Assembly: GCF_001194135.2 (NCBI RefSeq) | Contig: NC_068988.1 | Coordinates: 64,395,742-64,459,741, forward strand | DNA length: 64,000 nt | Origin: Octopus bimaculoides | Lineage: Eukaryota | Direction of reading: 5' to 3' | In this document: positions 24,459 to 36,365 of the stretch, piece after piece | How positions within the stretch are numbered: position 1 is the stretch's first letter | Layout of the letters: each line of letters opens with the position of its first letter | Program-made: the position numbers and the translations under genes | The notes under the pieces: model-generated | What the model was told of the DNA's origin: nothing | What the model saw: only the letters and a program-made list of their open reading frames with translations | Database searches by the model: none

Positions 24459-25375
24459 TTCGGTAAAGTGATCATAGTAATCTATAATTAGAAAAAGAGG
24501 TTAATGATGCGAACAGAGTAAGAATACTTAAAGATTGTTGTGCTCTTACAACATGGAGATAAGTTCGACATTTCTTTCTTCAGAGAAGACTTCTCTGAGG
24601 AGACGGAAGTCGTAACATCTGTCCATGGTGAAAAAGACGATNNNNNNNNNNNNNNNNNNNNNNNNNNNNNNNNNNNNNNNNNNNNNNNNNNNNNNNNNNN
24701 NNNNNNNNNNNNNNNNNNNNNNNNNNNNNNNNNNNNNNNNNNNNNNNNNNNNNNNNNNNNNNNNNNNNNNNNNNNNNNNNNNNNNNNNNNNNNNNNNNNN
24801 NNNNNNNNNNNNNNNNNNNNNNNNNNNNNNNNNNNNNNNNNNNNNNNNNNNNNNNNNNNNNNNNNNNNNNNNNNNNNNNNNNNNNNNNNNNNNNNNNNNN
24901 NNNNNNNNNNNNNNNNNNNNNNNNNNNNNNNNNNNNNNNNNNNNNNNNNNNNNNNNNNNNNNNNNNNNNNNNNNNNNNNNNNNNNNNNNNNNNNNNNNNN
25001 NNNNNNNNNNNNNNNNNNNNNNNNNNNNNNNNNNNNNNNNNNNNNNNNNNNNNNNNNNNNNNNNNNNNNNNNNNNNNNNNNNNNNNNNNNNNNNNNNNNN
25101 NNNNNNNNNNNNNNNNNNNNNNNNNNNNNNNNNNNNNNNNNNNNNNNNNNNNNNNNNNNNNNNNNNNNNNNNNNNNNNNNNNNNNNNNNNNNNNNNNNNN
25201 NNNNNNNNNNNNNNNNNNNNNNNNNNNNNNNNNNNNNNNNNNNNNNNNNNNNNNNNNNNNNNNNNNNNNNNNNNNNNNNNNNNNNNNNNNNNNNNNNNNN
25301 NNNNNNNNNNNNNNNNNNNNNNNNNNNNNNNNNNNNNNNNNNNNNNNNNNNNNNNNNNNNNNNNNNNNNNNNNNN

Positions 25376-25434
<59 letters not shown>

Positions 25435-27098
25435 GGAAGAGAATGAGGCTGAATGAAGAAATGTGGGTACACTGCAGAGAGAAAAATACACTAATTTCGA
25501 CGACATACTGTATCACAAGACCAAAATGAGAGCATAGACAACATAGCACGTGACAAACAACGAAGAGAGAGAAAAAAAAAATTAACTCTGTTATTTAATT
25601 TGTCTGTTACTGATGTTTTCAAGGAACACCACACTTATAATTTGATTTTGATGTTAGTTATTTTACATTGAATATATTTTAATAAATTATTAGGAAATAA
25701 AAATAAAATAAAGCTGGTTTATTGTTGACTGAGACGTATAGTGGTTCTGTAAATTTAGTTTTCTAAATATATAAAACCATCAGGATAAGGAAGTGACAAC
25801 AAACACAGACAGACGGCTGCAATATATAGAGGTATCTATACTGATAAACGAAAGTTATAATGATGGAAGATAAACCATTTTAACGTCGATCTTTTTCCCC
25901 CCTCGTACAATAACGATAGTGATAAAAAAATTTTCTGTTGAGTAAATTAATCTTCTATGTAATCCATTGGGGATTTAATCTTTGATGGAAGTTGATCGAT
26001 ATCTAGACAAGATCCAGATCGAAATTATTTATTTTTGTCGAGATAAGTATTGAAAAATAGCGTCTTAAGTATCAAATTTATAAGTATCTGTTAAGACTGC
26101 AATAATAAAAATAATGATTTTCTTTGTTATCGTACGTCCATCACTAGGCGATATTTTGTAACAACAATTGAGCTCGCTATGTATGTATATATATATATAT
26201 GTATGTATGTATATGCGCGCGTGTGTGTGTACAAAATCGCCGCACGAATACTGCAGTATATTTGCTTTACGCGATGTATTTGCATTAAATATGATAGATA
26301 GGTGGTTATTTTTATCCGATACTGCTTTGGTTGCATATTATGGATTTTTATTCAGCCGGGCCACGATTCGCAATACCAGTGACTGTTCAATCAGATTTCT
26401 AATATCAGTAGTAGAAGACTTTATCTTAGTATTGGCCGTGAGTAAATGCTACCGACAACGGTCATAAATGCGGAAATGTTGCATCTAGTATTCTCCACAA
26501 CAGCTATTAAGACGATTTTCGTCTGCGTCTGATATATTGTGATTTTTTAACACGGTACGTCCATAAGAGATATAATCACCAGACGAACACCCCAATAAAT
26601 TTGATTTTCGCAATGTAATTACATTAAGAATAATACAAAGATGGACGTGTGTGTGTGTGTGTGTGAGTAACTTACATTCTAATGACTTAATGGGATGAAA
26701 AGCTAGGATGATCTCTGAACCTAGTGGATATATGTTCGGCTTTAGACAGTCGGCAACGAGGGGAACTTGACATATATTGTAAACTGCGACGGCAAGGAAA
26801 ATCACGATCGATTTATTAGGATTTTGCGTCTGTACTTTACCCAGAATGTGCCATTCTTTGTCTGGCACATGGTGTACTTGCACCAGTTCAAATTAGATAA
26901 TTAGAACAATTGAGCAGGACGGACTCTGCAGAAACTTACTTCGGTAAACGCAAATACTTTGTGCAGGTAATGCAATAAAAGAAACTTCCTAATACAATTC
27001 CACTGAGGTGTACAGAAGCTGTGTCTGTGATCAGGTCGTAGATGTACGACGAACATTCTGAATCCTCAAGAAATAAATTAAGAGTGAATTTAACAGGG

Positions 27099-27173
<75 letters not shown>

Positions 27174-27613
27174 TGTGTCTGTGTCTGTGTGTCTGTGTGT
27201 GTGTGTGTGTGCGTGTGTGTGTGTACTTACATAACTAAAACTGTTTCCTGCGATGTAATTACCGCCTTCTTCTTTAGCTATTTCTGTATTTATTTATCAC
27301 TGAACGCTTTTATGTCACTCTCTGCGGGAAAGCTCAACATATATAAGGGCGTGTGTGAATATGTGTGTGTCTACGCATGCGCATATATATATAAGCACAA
27401 ACACATATACATCGAAACACTGTAAAGCAAAAATACATCAAACTCACTGCACTTTCTTCACCTGCAAAGGTGTATCATTCACAAATAGCCATGACTCCAC
27501 CAACATTTTTGTGATGTTCATAATATACCTTCACGTGAATCCAATTAACATTAATTAATTCCCAAACCAGGTGTTTTAACACCGTGAATTAATGTCTAAT
27601 ATTACGTATGCAA

Positions 27614-27978
27614 TGAGGTGCAGGCGTGGTTATTTGGTAAGAAATTTGCTTTCGAACCATAGTAATCTGAGTTCAGTCCCGCCGCGGGACATTTTCGGCA
27701 AGTGTCCTCTACTATAGCCCAGGATGGACGAAAGGTTTGCAGGTGGATTTGATAGACGGAAACTGAAAGAAGCTGTCGTATATAATGTTTGTGTGTGTGT
27801 GTATTTGAGCCCCATCACCGATGTTGGCTTGTTTTCTTCCCTCGTCAAAATAAATCGATAGAATACGTACCAGGCTTTTAGAATAAGTACTGGAGTCGAT
27901 TTTGTCAGACTAAACCCTTCATGGTGGTGCTCCAGTATGACCACCGTCCAGTGACTGAGACAAGTAAAAGATAAGATA
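27614..27978 (+). mobile_element. SINE family A, full length
   Basis: GGTGCAGGCGTGG...GAGTTCAGTCCC...GACGGAAACTGAAAGAAGC...(TG)n...CTCCAGTATGACC...GTGACTGAGACAAGTAAAAG. Confidence 0.9.
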
Positions 27979-28139
27979 TTTATGCATAGATACACTAGTA
28001 GGTAGATGAGCTGGTGTGTGTATGTGTACGTGCGTGTGTGTGTGTTCCAAAAATATTACTGGAAACAACGGAAAAGTCACACATAGGACGTTGCTAATCC
28101 CTCGTCACTTATCGTCAAAAGATCATAACAGTTTCACGC

Positions 28140-28420
28140 CTTGGACGCATGGCTAAGTGGTTGGCGTATTGTAATTACAATCGCGAGGTCGTAGGTTCGA
28201 TTTCTGCGTTGGGTGGTGCGTTGTGATTTTGAGCAAAACATTTCATTTTACATTGCTTTGCGATCACTCCGACATCTGACAGGCGGCACACTTGTGCACC
28301 TGTACAGGTAATATCGATTTGATGGAGGAAGTGAGCTGATGTACAGCGGAGAGCATTTGATCACTAGAAACAAATTATCCATGCAGGTTATGCAACAAAA
28401 AATTGCAGAACCATCTCTCT
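28140..28420 (+). mobile_element. tRNA-headed CORE-like SINE
   Basis: GCATGGCTAAGTGGTT A-box, GGTTCGATTTC B-box, TTGTGATTTTGAGCAAAACATTTCATTT; similar minus-strand fragment at 36100-36200. Confidence 0.7.
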
Positions 28421-29042
28421 AGGACTCGAGAGACTAACACATATATGTACATGCGTGTGTATATATGTCTGTGTGTGTGTGTGTGTGCGCGCGCCCACGC
28501 GTGCATGTAAATAAACATACATTCATACATGTGTTATACATATATATACGTATGTACGTAGATTCGTATGTAGTGAAAGAGAAGAGCAAAAATGTAGCAC
28601 CAATGTATGTAACAACAGAACATATACGTGTGTATATGTATATATACGCGTGTGTATATGTATATATACACGTGTGCATACATTCACGTCTGTATGTATG
28701 TATGTATGTATGTATGTATGTATGTATATGTGTGATAGGTAGTTGTTTAAAGCCCTACTAATTCTTTGGTTTAGCAGTAAGTTAGCATTGACCAAAGAAT
28801 GAACAGCCTGGCAGTCTCAAGCCAAGCGTTTAGAATTGGCAAAGGAATTAATATAGTTTTAAGTAAGTATGTTAAGTGGAGCGTGAAACGAGAACTCTTT
28901 GGTTCTTTTTAGTAATGAATAATTGAATCAACTCGAAGCGGATGTTATTTACAAAACAACAACAACAACAACAGCGATTACTACAACCGCAAAGATTATA
29001 ATTAATTCGCGCGTATATGTTTATGTGTGTGTATGGATACGC

Positions 29043-29088
<46 letters not shown>

Positions 29089-29307
29089 AATTATGTATGT
29101 GTGTACGTATCTAATAATGTATATATGCAGCAATGTAATTATGTGTATAGATAGAGAGATATACAGGTAAACGGGCATACAGACTGATAGATAGATAGAT
29201 AGATTGATAGATAAATAGTCCGCGCAAGACAATGAAGATTAATTTTGCAAGTTGTATTCCAGAATGGCCTTGATCGCGATAATTATGAGAAACTAAAGAA
29301 CGATAAC

Positions 29308-29370
<63 letters not shown>

Positions 29371-29645
29371 ATATATATGTATATATATGTATGTATGTAT
29401 GTATGTATATGATACAAGCTTTCAAATACATATATATCTATACATACGTCTATGTGTGTATGTATGTATGTATGTATGTATGTATTATATATTTCAGTAA
29501 CTCAGTAAATAATTGAAAGACGGTCAATAAAAGAGATTTTAGGTATTTTTTTTACTTTAAATAAAAAAGGTTTAAAAACAGAAATTCATACATTGATTTG
29601 AGTTTAACGAGAAAAAAACAACACATATATGGAATGGAAGAAAAA

Positions 29646-29691
<46 letters not shown>

Positions 29692-30985
29692 GCAAAGAAA
29701 GAAAAATATATATAAAGAAAATTAGTAACTCTTCTAAAAAAAAAGTCTTGAAATCTTCTTCCATAAAAGGTGTGATAAAAATAATAGGTTGTTAGAGATT
29801 TGGAGTAAATGTTATAAAAATTTGTTTAGTAGTTTTGATTTTAACGGGGATAATTTGAAGGAAGTTTAATGGGTAGGTAGGTAGGTAGGTAGGTAGGTTG
29901 ATAGGCAGGTAGACAGGCAGGTACGTAGTTTGGGAAGTATGGATGAATGGATGTAGGTAGGTAGTTAAGTAGTTAGGTATATTTGTACCTGTGTATGTAC
30001 GTAGGTAGGGAAGTGCGGCTAGATGAATGACTGGATGGCTGCCTGAATGGCTAGGTGGCTGGTTGGAGGTATGTATGTAGGTAAGCAGTTAGTATTTAGA
30101 TGTATATGTGTAGGTAGAGGGAGGGAGGGACGAAGCGAAGCATGTAGAAACGTATGGAAGATAATAACCAAAGAATTATCGCTTGAAATTGAAGTCTACC
30201 ATAATAAATCTTCCTTGATTTGATCAATTTACTCTTTCTCGCCTTGTGTGCGTGTGTGCGCGTGTGTGAATATTTATATATATATTTGTATGTATATATA
30301 TATATATATATNNNNNNNNNNNNNNNNNNNNNNNNNNNNNNNNNNNNNNNNNNNNNNNNNNNNNNNNNNNNNNNNNNNNNNNNNNNNNNNNNNNNNNNNN
30401 NNNNNNNNNNNNNNNNNNNNNNNNNNNNNNNNNNNNNNNNNNNNNNNNNNNNNNNNNNNNNNNNNNNNNNNNNNNNNNNNNNNNNNNNNNNNNNNNNNNN
30501 NNNNNNNNNNNNNNNNNNNNNNNNNNNNNNNNNNNNNNNNNNNNNNNNNNNNNNNNNNNNNNNNNNNNNNNNNNNNNNNNNNNNNNNNNNNNNNNNNNNN
30601 NNNNNNNNNNNNNNNNNNNNNNNNNNNNNNNNNNNNNNNNNNNNNNNNNNNNNNNNNNNNNNNNNNNNNNNNNNNNNNNNNNNNNNNNNNNNNNNNNNNN
30701 NNNNNNNNNNNNNNNNNNNNNNNNNNNNNNNNNNNNNNNNNNNNNNNNNNNNNNNNNNNNNNNNNNNNNNNNNNNNNNNNNNNNNNNNNNNNNNNNNNNN
30801 NNNNNNNNNNNNNNNNNNNNNNNNNNNNNNNNNNNNNNNNNNNNNNNNNNNNNNNNNNNNNNNNNNNNNNNNNNNNNNNNNNNNNNNNNNNNNNNNNNNN
30901 NNNNNNNNNNNNNNNNNNNNNNNNNNNNNNNNNNNNNNNNNNNNNNNNNNNNNNNNNNNNNNNNNNNNNNNNNNNNNNNNNNNNN

Positions 30986-31021
<36 letters not shown>

Positions 31022-31044
31022 TGTGCATCCGTTTTGTGTATAGA

Positions 31045-31230
31045 TTTGTCGTTGACCACCGCTTGACAACCGGTGGTAATTTGTTTACGTCCCCTGTAAC
31101 CAGCCCTTCAACAAAAATAGGCCGACAGTATAAGTACAAGGCTTTATAAACATATGTTCTGGGTCGATTTGTTCGATAAAATACTTCTAGGCAGTGCCCC
31201 AGCATGGCTGCAGTCCAATGACAAAATGGA
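31045..31230 (+). mobile_element. SINE family A 3' half following (AT)n and a gap
   Basis: CACCGCTTGACAACCGG...GGGTCGATTTGTTCGA...CCCCAGCATGGCTGCAGTCCAATGAC. Confidence 0.85.
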
Positions 31231-31231
31231 A

Positions 31232-31975
31232 ATGGCTTTGCTCCCGGAGAATGGTGAGAGAGACTTCCTAGAACAGCCACTCTGACTGACGGGGACTCAC
31301 ACTTGCAGATAGCCACCTCTGCCCCGATAGCAACGAGTAGGGATCTAGTCCCGGAGCCAAGAACGTCAGAAGTTTCTATTGTCACAGGCAGTACGATACT
31401 TTGACATAGCGAAGCTCGGAGTGGCAGTCACACACGCACGGTTGCTGCTGGATAAGGTACCGCAGCATGTGACTGGATAAGGTCGCCACCACGGAACGGG
31501 AAAATTGTCATGCCGTCCGGCTACTTACCTTTCTTTCTGTCCATCCCTGCTGGCTCGAGCTGGGAGGGAAGCCTGCAGCGTCTAGGCCATGCCTTATGAC
31601 CTCATTGAGAGCAGCATGGCATGGAAGGCGGCCAGCACAATCACGGCATGTCAGTGGGTGGAGGCCAAAAGAATCCACAATGGATCCACAGCAGCATTGG
31701 TGAGGCTCACAGATCCGTAGGAAATACCGATGCAGAAACTAGCTATCCAGCTGCGTACCCATCGAGAGTGGTGGCACTGCATTGAACCAGGCACCACTGT
31801 GACGCTGGGAGGCTAAACGAAAACATACCAGACAATGCTGGTCAAGACGTGCACCAGCTTACTGGAGATCATGGTGCCCTGGATGGCATCCGGTTTGTTT
31901 TGGGGTAGGGACCGGGCTTCCACAAAGGGGGAGATGAGGTGGACGTCCGCAGGGCGGAAACCGAGCTGACCTTGT
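31232..31975 (+). mobile_element. GC-rich insertion, possibly an LTR-retrotransposon internal/LTR junction
   Basis: Sharp GC rise against AT-rich flanks; polypurine tract AAAGGGGGAGA followed by TG near 31865; no intact ORF or recognised protein motif. Confidence 0.35.
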
Positions 31976-32650
31976 CATAAAAATACGATAAAGATAATTT
32001 TAGCGTTAATTCAAATAACACTAGAAAGAGATGAACGAACTTAATCCGACAGCTTAATGAATAAAATATAAAATATTAGAACGAAGGCAGCAATAATATA
32101 GACATGAACGGAGCAATTTATAAATAAATTTCCCACAAACGGAGATTGCGATCCCCTTTTCATTTCCAACATTAACCAGATTAATTCACTCATGTTGCTA
32201 ATACTCTCTCAAAAGATATAAACACCGTGTCATCTAATTTCAGAAGCAGTGTAAACATGAAGCGTTGCGTCTAATAGAAGAAATTTTATTTTGGTGTTGA
32301 GGTGCGAAAAGAAGGCGAGAAGAAAAGTGGGGGTGTCAGTGTTGATGTGTATATTTTCTCCCAGTCTGGCTAGATGAGTAAGGAAATCATATCTTCTGTT
32401 ATTTATGTTATGGCTGGTGAAGGTAATATCTCAAAGAACGGTAACATATAAATATATACAGGTGAAAGAGCTAACTCATCATATTGCAATTATGTCTGCA
32501 TTGAGAGAATCGCTTCTCTGAGAGCGGAGAAAGTCCGAGAGTAACTTAAAACAGAGAAAAACAGTGAAGCTATTTTGGAAACAGGAGTGAATTAATTGTA
32601 TTTGACGAAAGGAAGATATACGTGCATACACACATACACACACACATTTA

Positions 32651-32707
<57 letters not shown>

Positions 32708-32818
32708 GCGTTCGCTCTAATGTGGTTGGAGAAAGAAGCATCAGGTTGTACTGGCGAGATTCCACCATTAAATAATCGAGGTGAAATTGTTTGTGGATGA
32801 CGAAAGATTTGTGATGGT

Positions 32819-32972
32819 GAAGAAGAAGAAGAAGAAGAAGAAGAAGAAGAAGAAGAAGAAGAAGAAGAAGAAGAAGAAGAAGAAGAAGAAGAAGAAGAAG
32901 AAGAAGAAGAAGAAGAAGAAGAAGAAGAAGAAGAAGAAGAAGAAGAAGAAGAAGAAGAAGAAGAAGAAGAAG
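32819..32972. repeat. Long pure (AAG)n microsatellite (about 50 units)
   Basis: Directly visible; source of the poly-K/L/F ORFs. Confidence 0.95.
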
Positions 32973-33080
32973 GACGACGACAACAACCACCACAAGTATC
33001 TAAATGTCTGAGATGGGCTGGGTTAAGCGATTAAAGACGTTGAGCGCAAACATAAAGCTTCTTCGTTCGAATCCAATAAG

Positions 33081-33115
33081 ACACCTGATGACGACCGGCG
33101 ATCGAAACGCGGTGT
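33081..33115 (+). ncRNA. Degenerate minimal hammerhead-like motif
   Basis: acac-CTGATGA-c-GACC-ggc-GATC-GAAA-CGCG-gtgt: stem I acac/gtgt, 3/4-bp stem II, but the UH cleavage dinucleotide is absent. Confidence 0.4.
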
Positions 33116-33149
33116 AAATATATAAATATTGTAAACATATATTCTAAAG

Positions 33150-33420
33150 ATGCAACCTGGTCGAATGGCTTAGAAGATCGTTTCGCAATCACGAGATAAC
33201 GGGTTCGAATCTCATTAAGTGATATCTTGATCAAAGGTTTTTACCTCAGTCTTAGGTCAACCCAAGTGTTATGACCGAATGTAAGCCGTGAAGAAGCCCG
33301 TCGGGTAGATTCGGGTGGATTGTACCTGTAATTTTAATGGTCTAGCCTTGTCCCATTGTGTCATGCTGATTCATTAAGGCTACAGGTGCCTGTGAGATTA
33401 AATGAACAGGTAGGTTAGTT
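33150..33420 (+). mobile_element. Degenerate SINE head (A-like) followed by a family C tail
   Basis: GGTCGAATGGCTTAG..GGGTTCGAATC..GAAGAAGCCCGTCG, then TGTACCTGTAATTTTAATGGTCTAGCCTTGTCCC. Confidence 0.6.
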
Positions 33421-33597
33421 GATTGAGCAACTGAATATTCGTGGTCGAAACTGACGAAGATCCATTACTTATATTCAGCATATGAGATTAAAAGTAAAAA
33501 AAAAAAAAAAAAAAAGATGGTAATCGAAGAATAGTTAACAGAAAAATGATAGCTTAATCAGAGACCATCTTGTGAGCTTTTAACTGAGCCTCTAAAA

Positions 33598-34112
33598 TTA
33601 ATAATAATAATAATAATGATAATTCTTCCTACTATAGGCACACGACCAGCAATTTTGAGGGGAGGAGGAACATGATTACATCGATCCCAGTGTTCAACAG
33701 GTACTTATTTTACTGACGCCGAAAGAATGAAAAGCAAAGTCAACCTTCGTTACTTTATTTTATCGACGCCGGAGGAATGAAAGGGCGAAACTAACTCAGC
33801 AAGATTTGAACTCAGAACGTAAAACAGCGGATATAAAGACGTTTATTTCCAGACTCGCTAATGTTTCTGCCATTCCGCCACCGTGTATGATAGCTTCTGA
33901 TTAAAGCACAAGGCCAACATTTTTTAAGTAAGGGGTGGTGAAATTAATCGATACCATCTATAAATATTTGGTTGGTATTTTTTATTTTATCGAACAAGAA
34001 AGGACGAAGGGCAGAGTTGACCTTGGCAGGATTTGAAACCGGGACAAAAAGAGCCGGAAGAAATACGCATGGCATTTCATCCGACGCTCAAACGATTGTA
34101 TCAGCTCGCAGC
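33598..34112 (-). mobile_element. Head-to-tail cluster of family B SINEs
   Basis: Three occurrences of TTTATCGA..CC.GAA.GA.GAAA.GC.AAGT..ACC; (ATA)n tail near 33598; heads near 33880 and 34110. Confidence 0.85.
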
Positions 34113-34810
34113 TTTTGTAATAATAACAAAAGACATCCCCGCCTCCGCTTTTGTCTTCCTTTTTATCATCATGCCAAACGCAGATATATATATATATATA
34201 TATATATANNNNNNNNNNNNNNNNNNNNNNNNNNNNNNNNNNNNNNNNNNNNNNNNNNNNNNNNNNNNNNNNNNNNNNNNNNNNNNNNNNNNNNNNNNNN
34301 NNNNNNNNNNNNNNNNNNNNNNNNNNNNNNNNNNNNNNNNNNNNNNNNNNNNNNNNNNNNNNNNNNNNNNNNNNNNNNNNNNNNNNNNNNNNNNNNNNNN
34401 NTGTATGTATGTATGTATGTATGTAGTCGGCACCAATACCACCGTCAGCTTTTTGCAGAATAAGTGGAAGAATGAGTATGAGAAAGAAAGTGGCAAAGAA
34501 CCAGAGTGTGAAAGAAAAAGAGAGAAAAATGAGATATTGCCAAAATATCAAAGATTAAACGATATGAAAATGATATTGGCCATTTATGGCAAGAAATACT
34601 GTTGTTGTAGTTGTAGTTGTGTGGTGTGGTGTGGGATGAGGTGGAGGTGGGGGAGAATGTAAAATGAAAGAGGTGGTTAGAGGGAGAGAAGATTCACAGC
34701 AAGTGCCTGTCCGTTGCTAAGCAACAAATCCTCACGCATTTATGCGTTGCTAATCAACAAGCTTAAGATTCCTGATTCCTTTTTACAGTCATATCAATAT
34801 TACATTACAT

Positions 34811-34868
<58 letters not shown>

Positions 34869-35337
34869 TGATCTTTCATTGCTGGTTTCTGGGCTGTTCT
34901 ATCAATGAAAACATGGACGGTTCACATAAATTCTTACATTCTTTGACATACATGCACATAAAACTNNNNNNNNNNNNNNNNNNNNNNNNNNNNNNNNNNN
35001 NNNNNNNNNNNNNNNNNNNNNNNNNNNNNNNNNNNNNNNNNNNNNNNNNNNNNNNNNNNNNNNNNNNNNNNNNNNNNNNNNNNNNNNNNNNNNNNNNNNN
35101 NNNNNNNNNNNNNNNNNNNNNNNNNNNNNNNNNNNNNNNNNNNNNNNNNNNNNNNNNNNNNNNNNNNNNNNNNNNNNNNNNNNNNNNNNNNNNNNNNNNN
35201 NNNNNNNNNNNNNNNNNNNNNNNNNNNNNNNNNNNNNNNNNNNNNNNNNNNNNNNNNNNNNNNNNNNNNNNNNNNNNNNNNNNNNNNNNNNNNNNNNNNN
35301 NNNNNNNNNNNNNNNNNNNNNNNNNNNNNNNNNNNNN

Positions 35338-35403
<66 letters not shown>

Positions 35404-35479
35404 GTAATCATATAATACGTCCAAGAGAAAAATCAAGTGGTAGCCATGGCTGGAAATTCTTTGATCATAAGATGGATTC

Positions 35480-35800
35480 CTCGAGCTCAACAACTGGCAC
35501 TCCGTCGGTTACGACGACGATTGTTCTAGTTGATCCGATCAGTGGAACAGCCTGCATGTGAAATTAACATGCGAGTGGCTGAGCGCTCCACAGACACGCG
35601 TACCCTGAACGTAGTTCTCAGGAATATTCAGGGTGACACAGAATGTAACAAGGTTGGCCCTTTGAAATACAGGTACTACTCATTTTCCTCAACTGAGTTG
35701 ACTGCAGCATTGTGAAATAAAGTGTCTTGCTGAAGGACACAACGAGTTGCGGGGAATTGAACTCACGACCTTACGATCGTGAGCCGAATACCCTAACCCA
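35480..35800 (-). mobile_element. SINE family C, near full length
   Basis: Tail CTGGCACTCCGTCGGTTACGACGACG...GTGACACAGAATGTAACAAGG, core GTGAAATAAAGTGTCTTGCTGAAGGACACAA, head GGGAATTGAACTCACGACC. Confidence 0.9.
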
Positions 35801-35804
35801 ATGG

Positions 35805-35905
35805 TTCCTAAGGGCCTCTAAAGTTTTCTTTCTCTAACATTTTACATAGTCCGACCTACACAAGTTTATATGTATAAAACAAAATAGGAATTTTGAAAGA
35901 AGTTT
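35805..35905 (+). mobile_element. Internal fragment of the hAT MITE family
   Basis: TTTCTTTCTCTAACATTTTACATAG...AATAGGAATTTTGAAAGAAGTTTCT matches 6570-6640. Confidence 0.75.
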
Positions 35906-35914
35906 CTGTGCCCA

Positions 35915-35985
35915 CGGGCATATGGCGTAGTGGTTAAGAGCGCGGGTTACTAACCCCATGATTCCGAGTTCGATTTCAAGCAACG
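35915..35985 (+). mobile_element. Short tRNA-derived element (SINE head or tRNA pseudogene)
   Basis: A-box TGGCGTAGTGG, anticodon arm GGGTT-ACT-AACCC, B-box GAGTTCGATT; acceptor stem does not close. Confidence 0.6.
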
Positions 35986-36203
35986 ATCGTTCTTTTTTTT
36001 GTTTTTTTTTTAAAGCCAGGTACCTATTTAATAATATTATGGACTCTCCTGACGTTAGACGACGTATGAGGCCAGTTCTTCAATCAGATCGACATTGCAT
36101 GCACGGGTGCGCCGAACGCAGCGCAGCGCCTGGATTGGGGAACGAACTCATGATCTCGCAACCATGAATGCAACACCCTAACCACTAAGCCATTCGCCTC
36201 CAC

Positions 36204-36257
<54 letters not shown>

Positions 36258-36260
<3 letters not shown>

Positions 36261-36365
36261 TGGGCTTACTTCAGTTTCTGTCCACAAAATCCACTCACAA
36301 GGTTTTGATCGGCCCGAGGCAAGAATAATAGACGCAGTGGGATTGAACCCAGAACCATGTGGTTA
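36258..36365 (-). mobile_element. SINE family A 5' half, internally deleted
   Basis: CTTCAGTTTCTGTCCACAAAATCCACTCACAAGG...GCAGTGGGATTGAACCCAGAACCATGTGG. Confidence 0.8.

Noticed and set aside
32345-32385. 13-nt micro-exon (TTCTCCCAG|TCTGGCTAGATGA|GTAAGG)
   Set aside because: Not frame-preserving, contains stop codons in two frames, no supporting context
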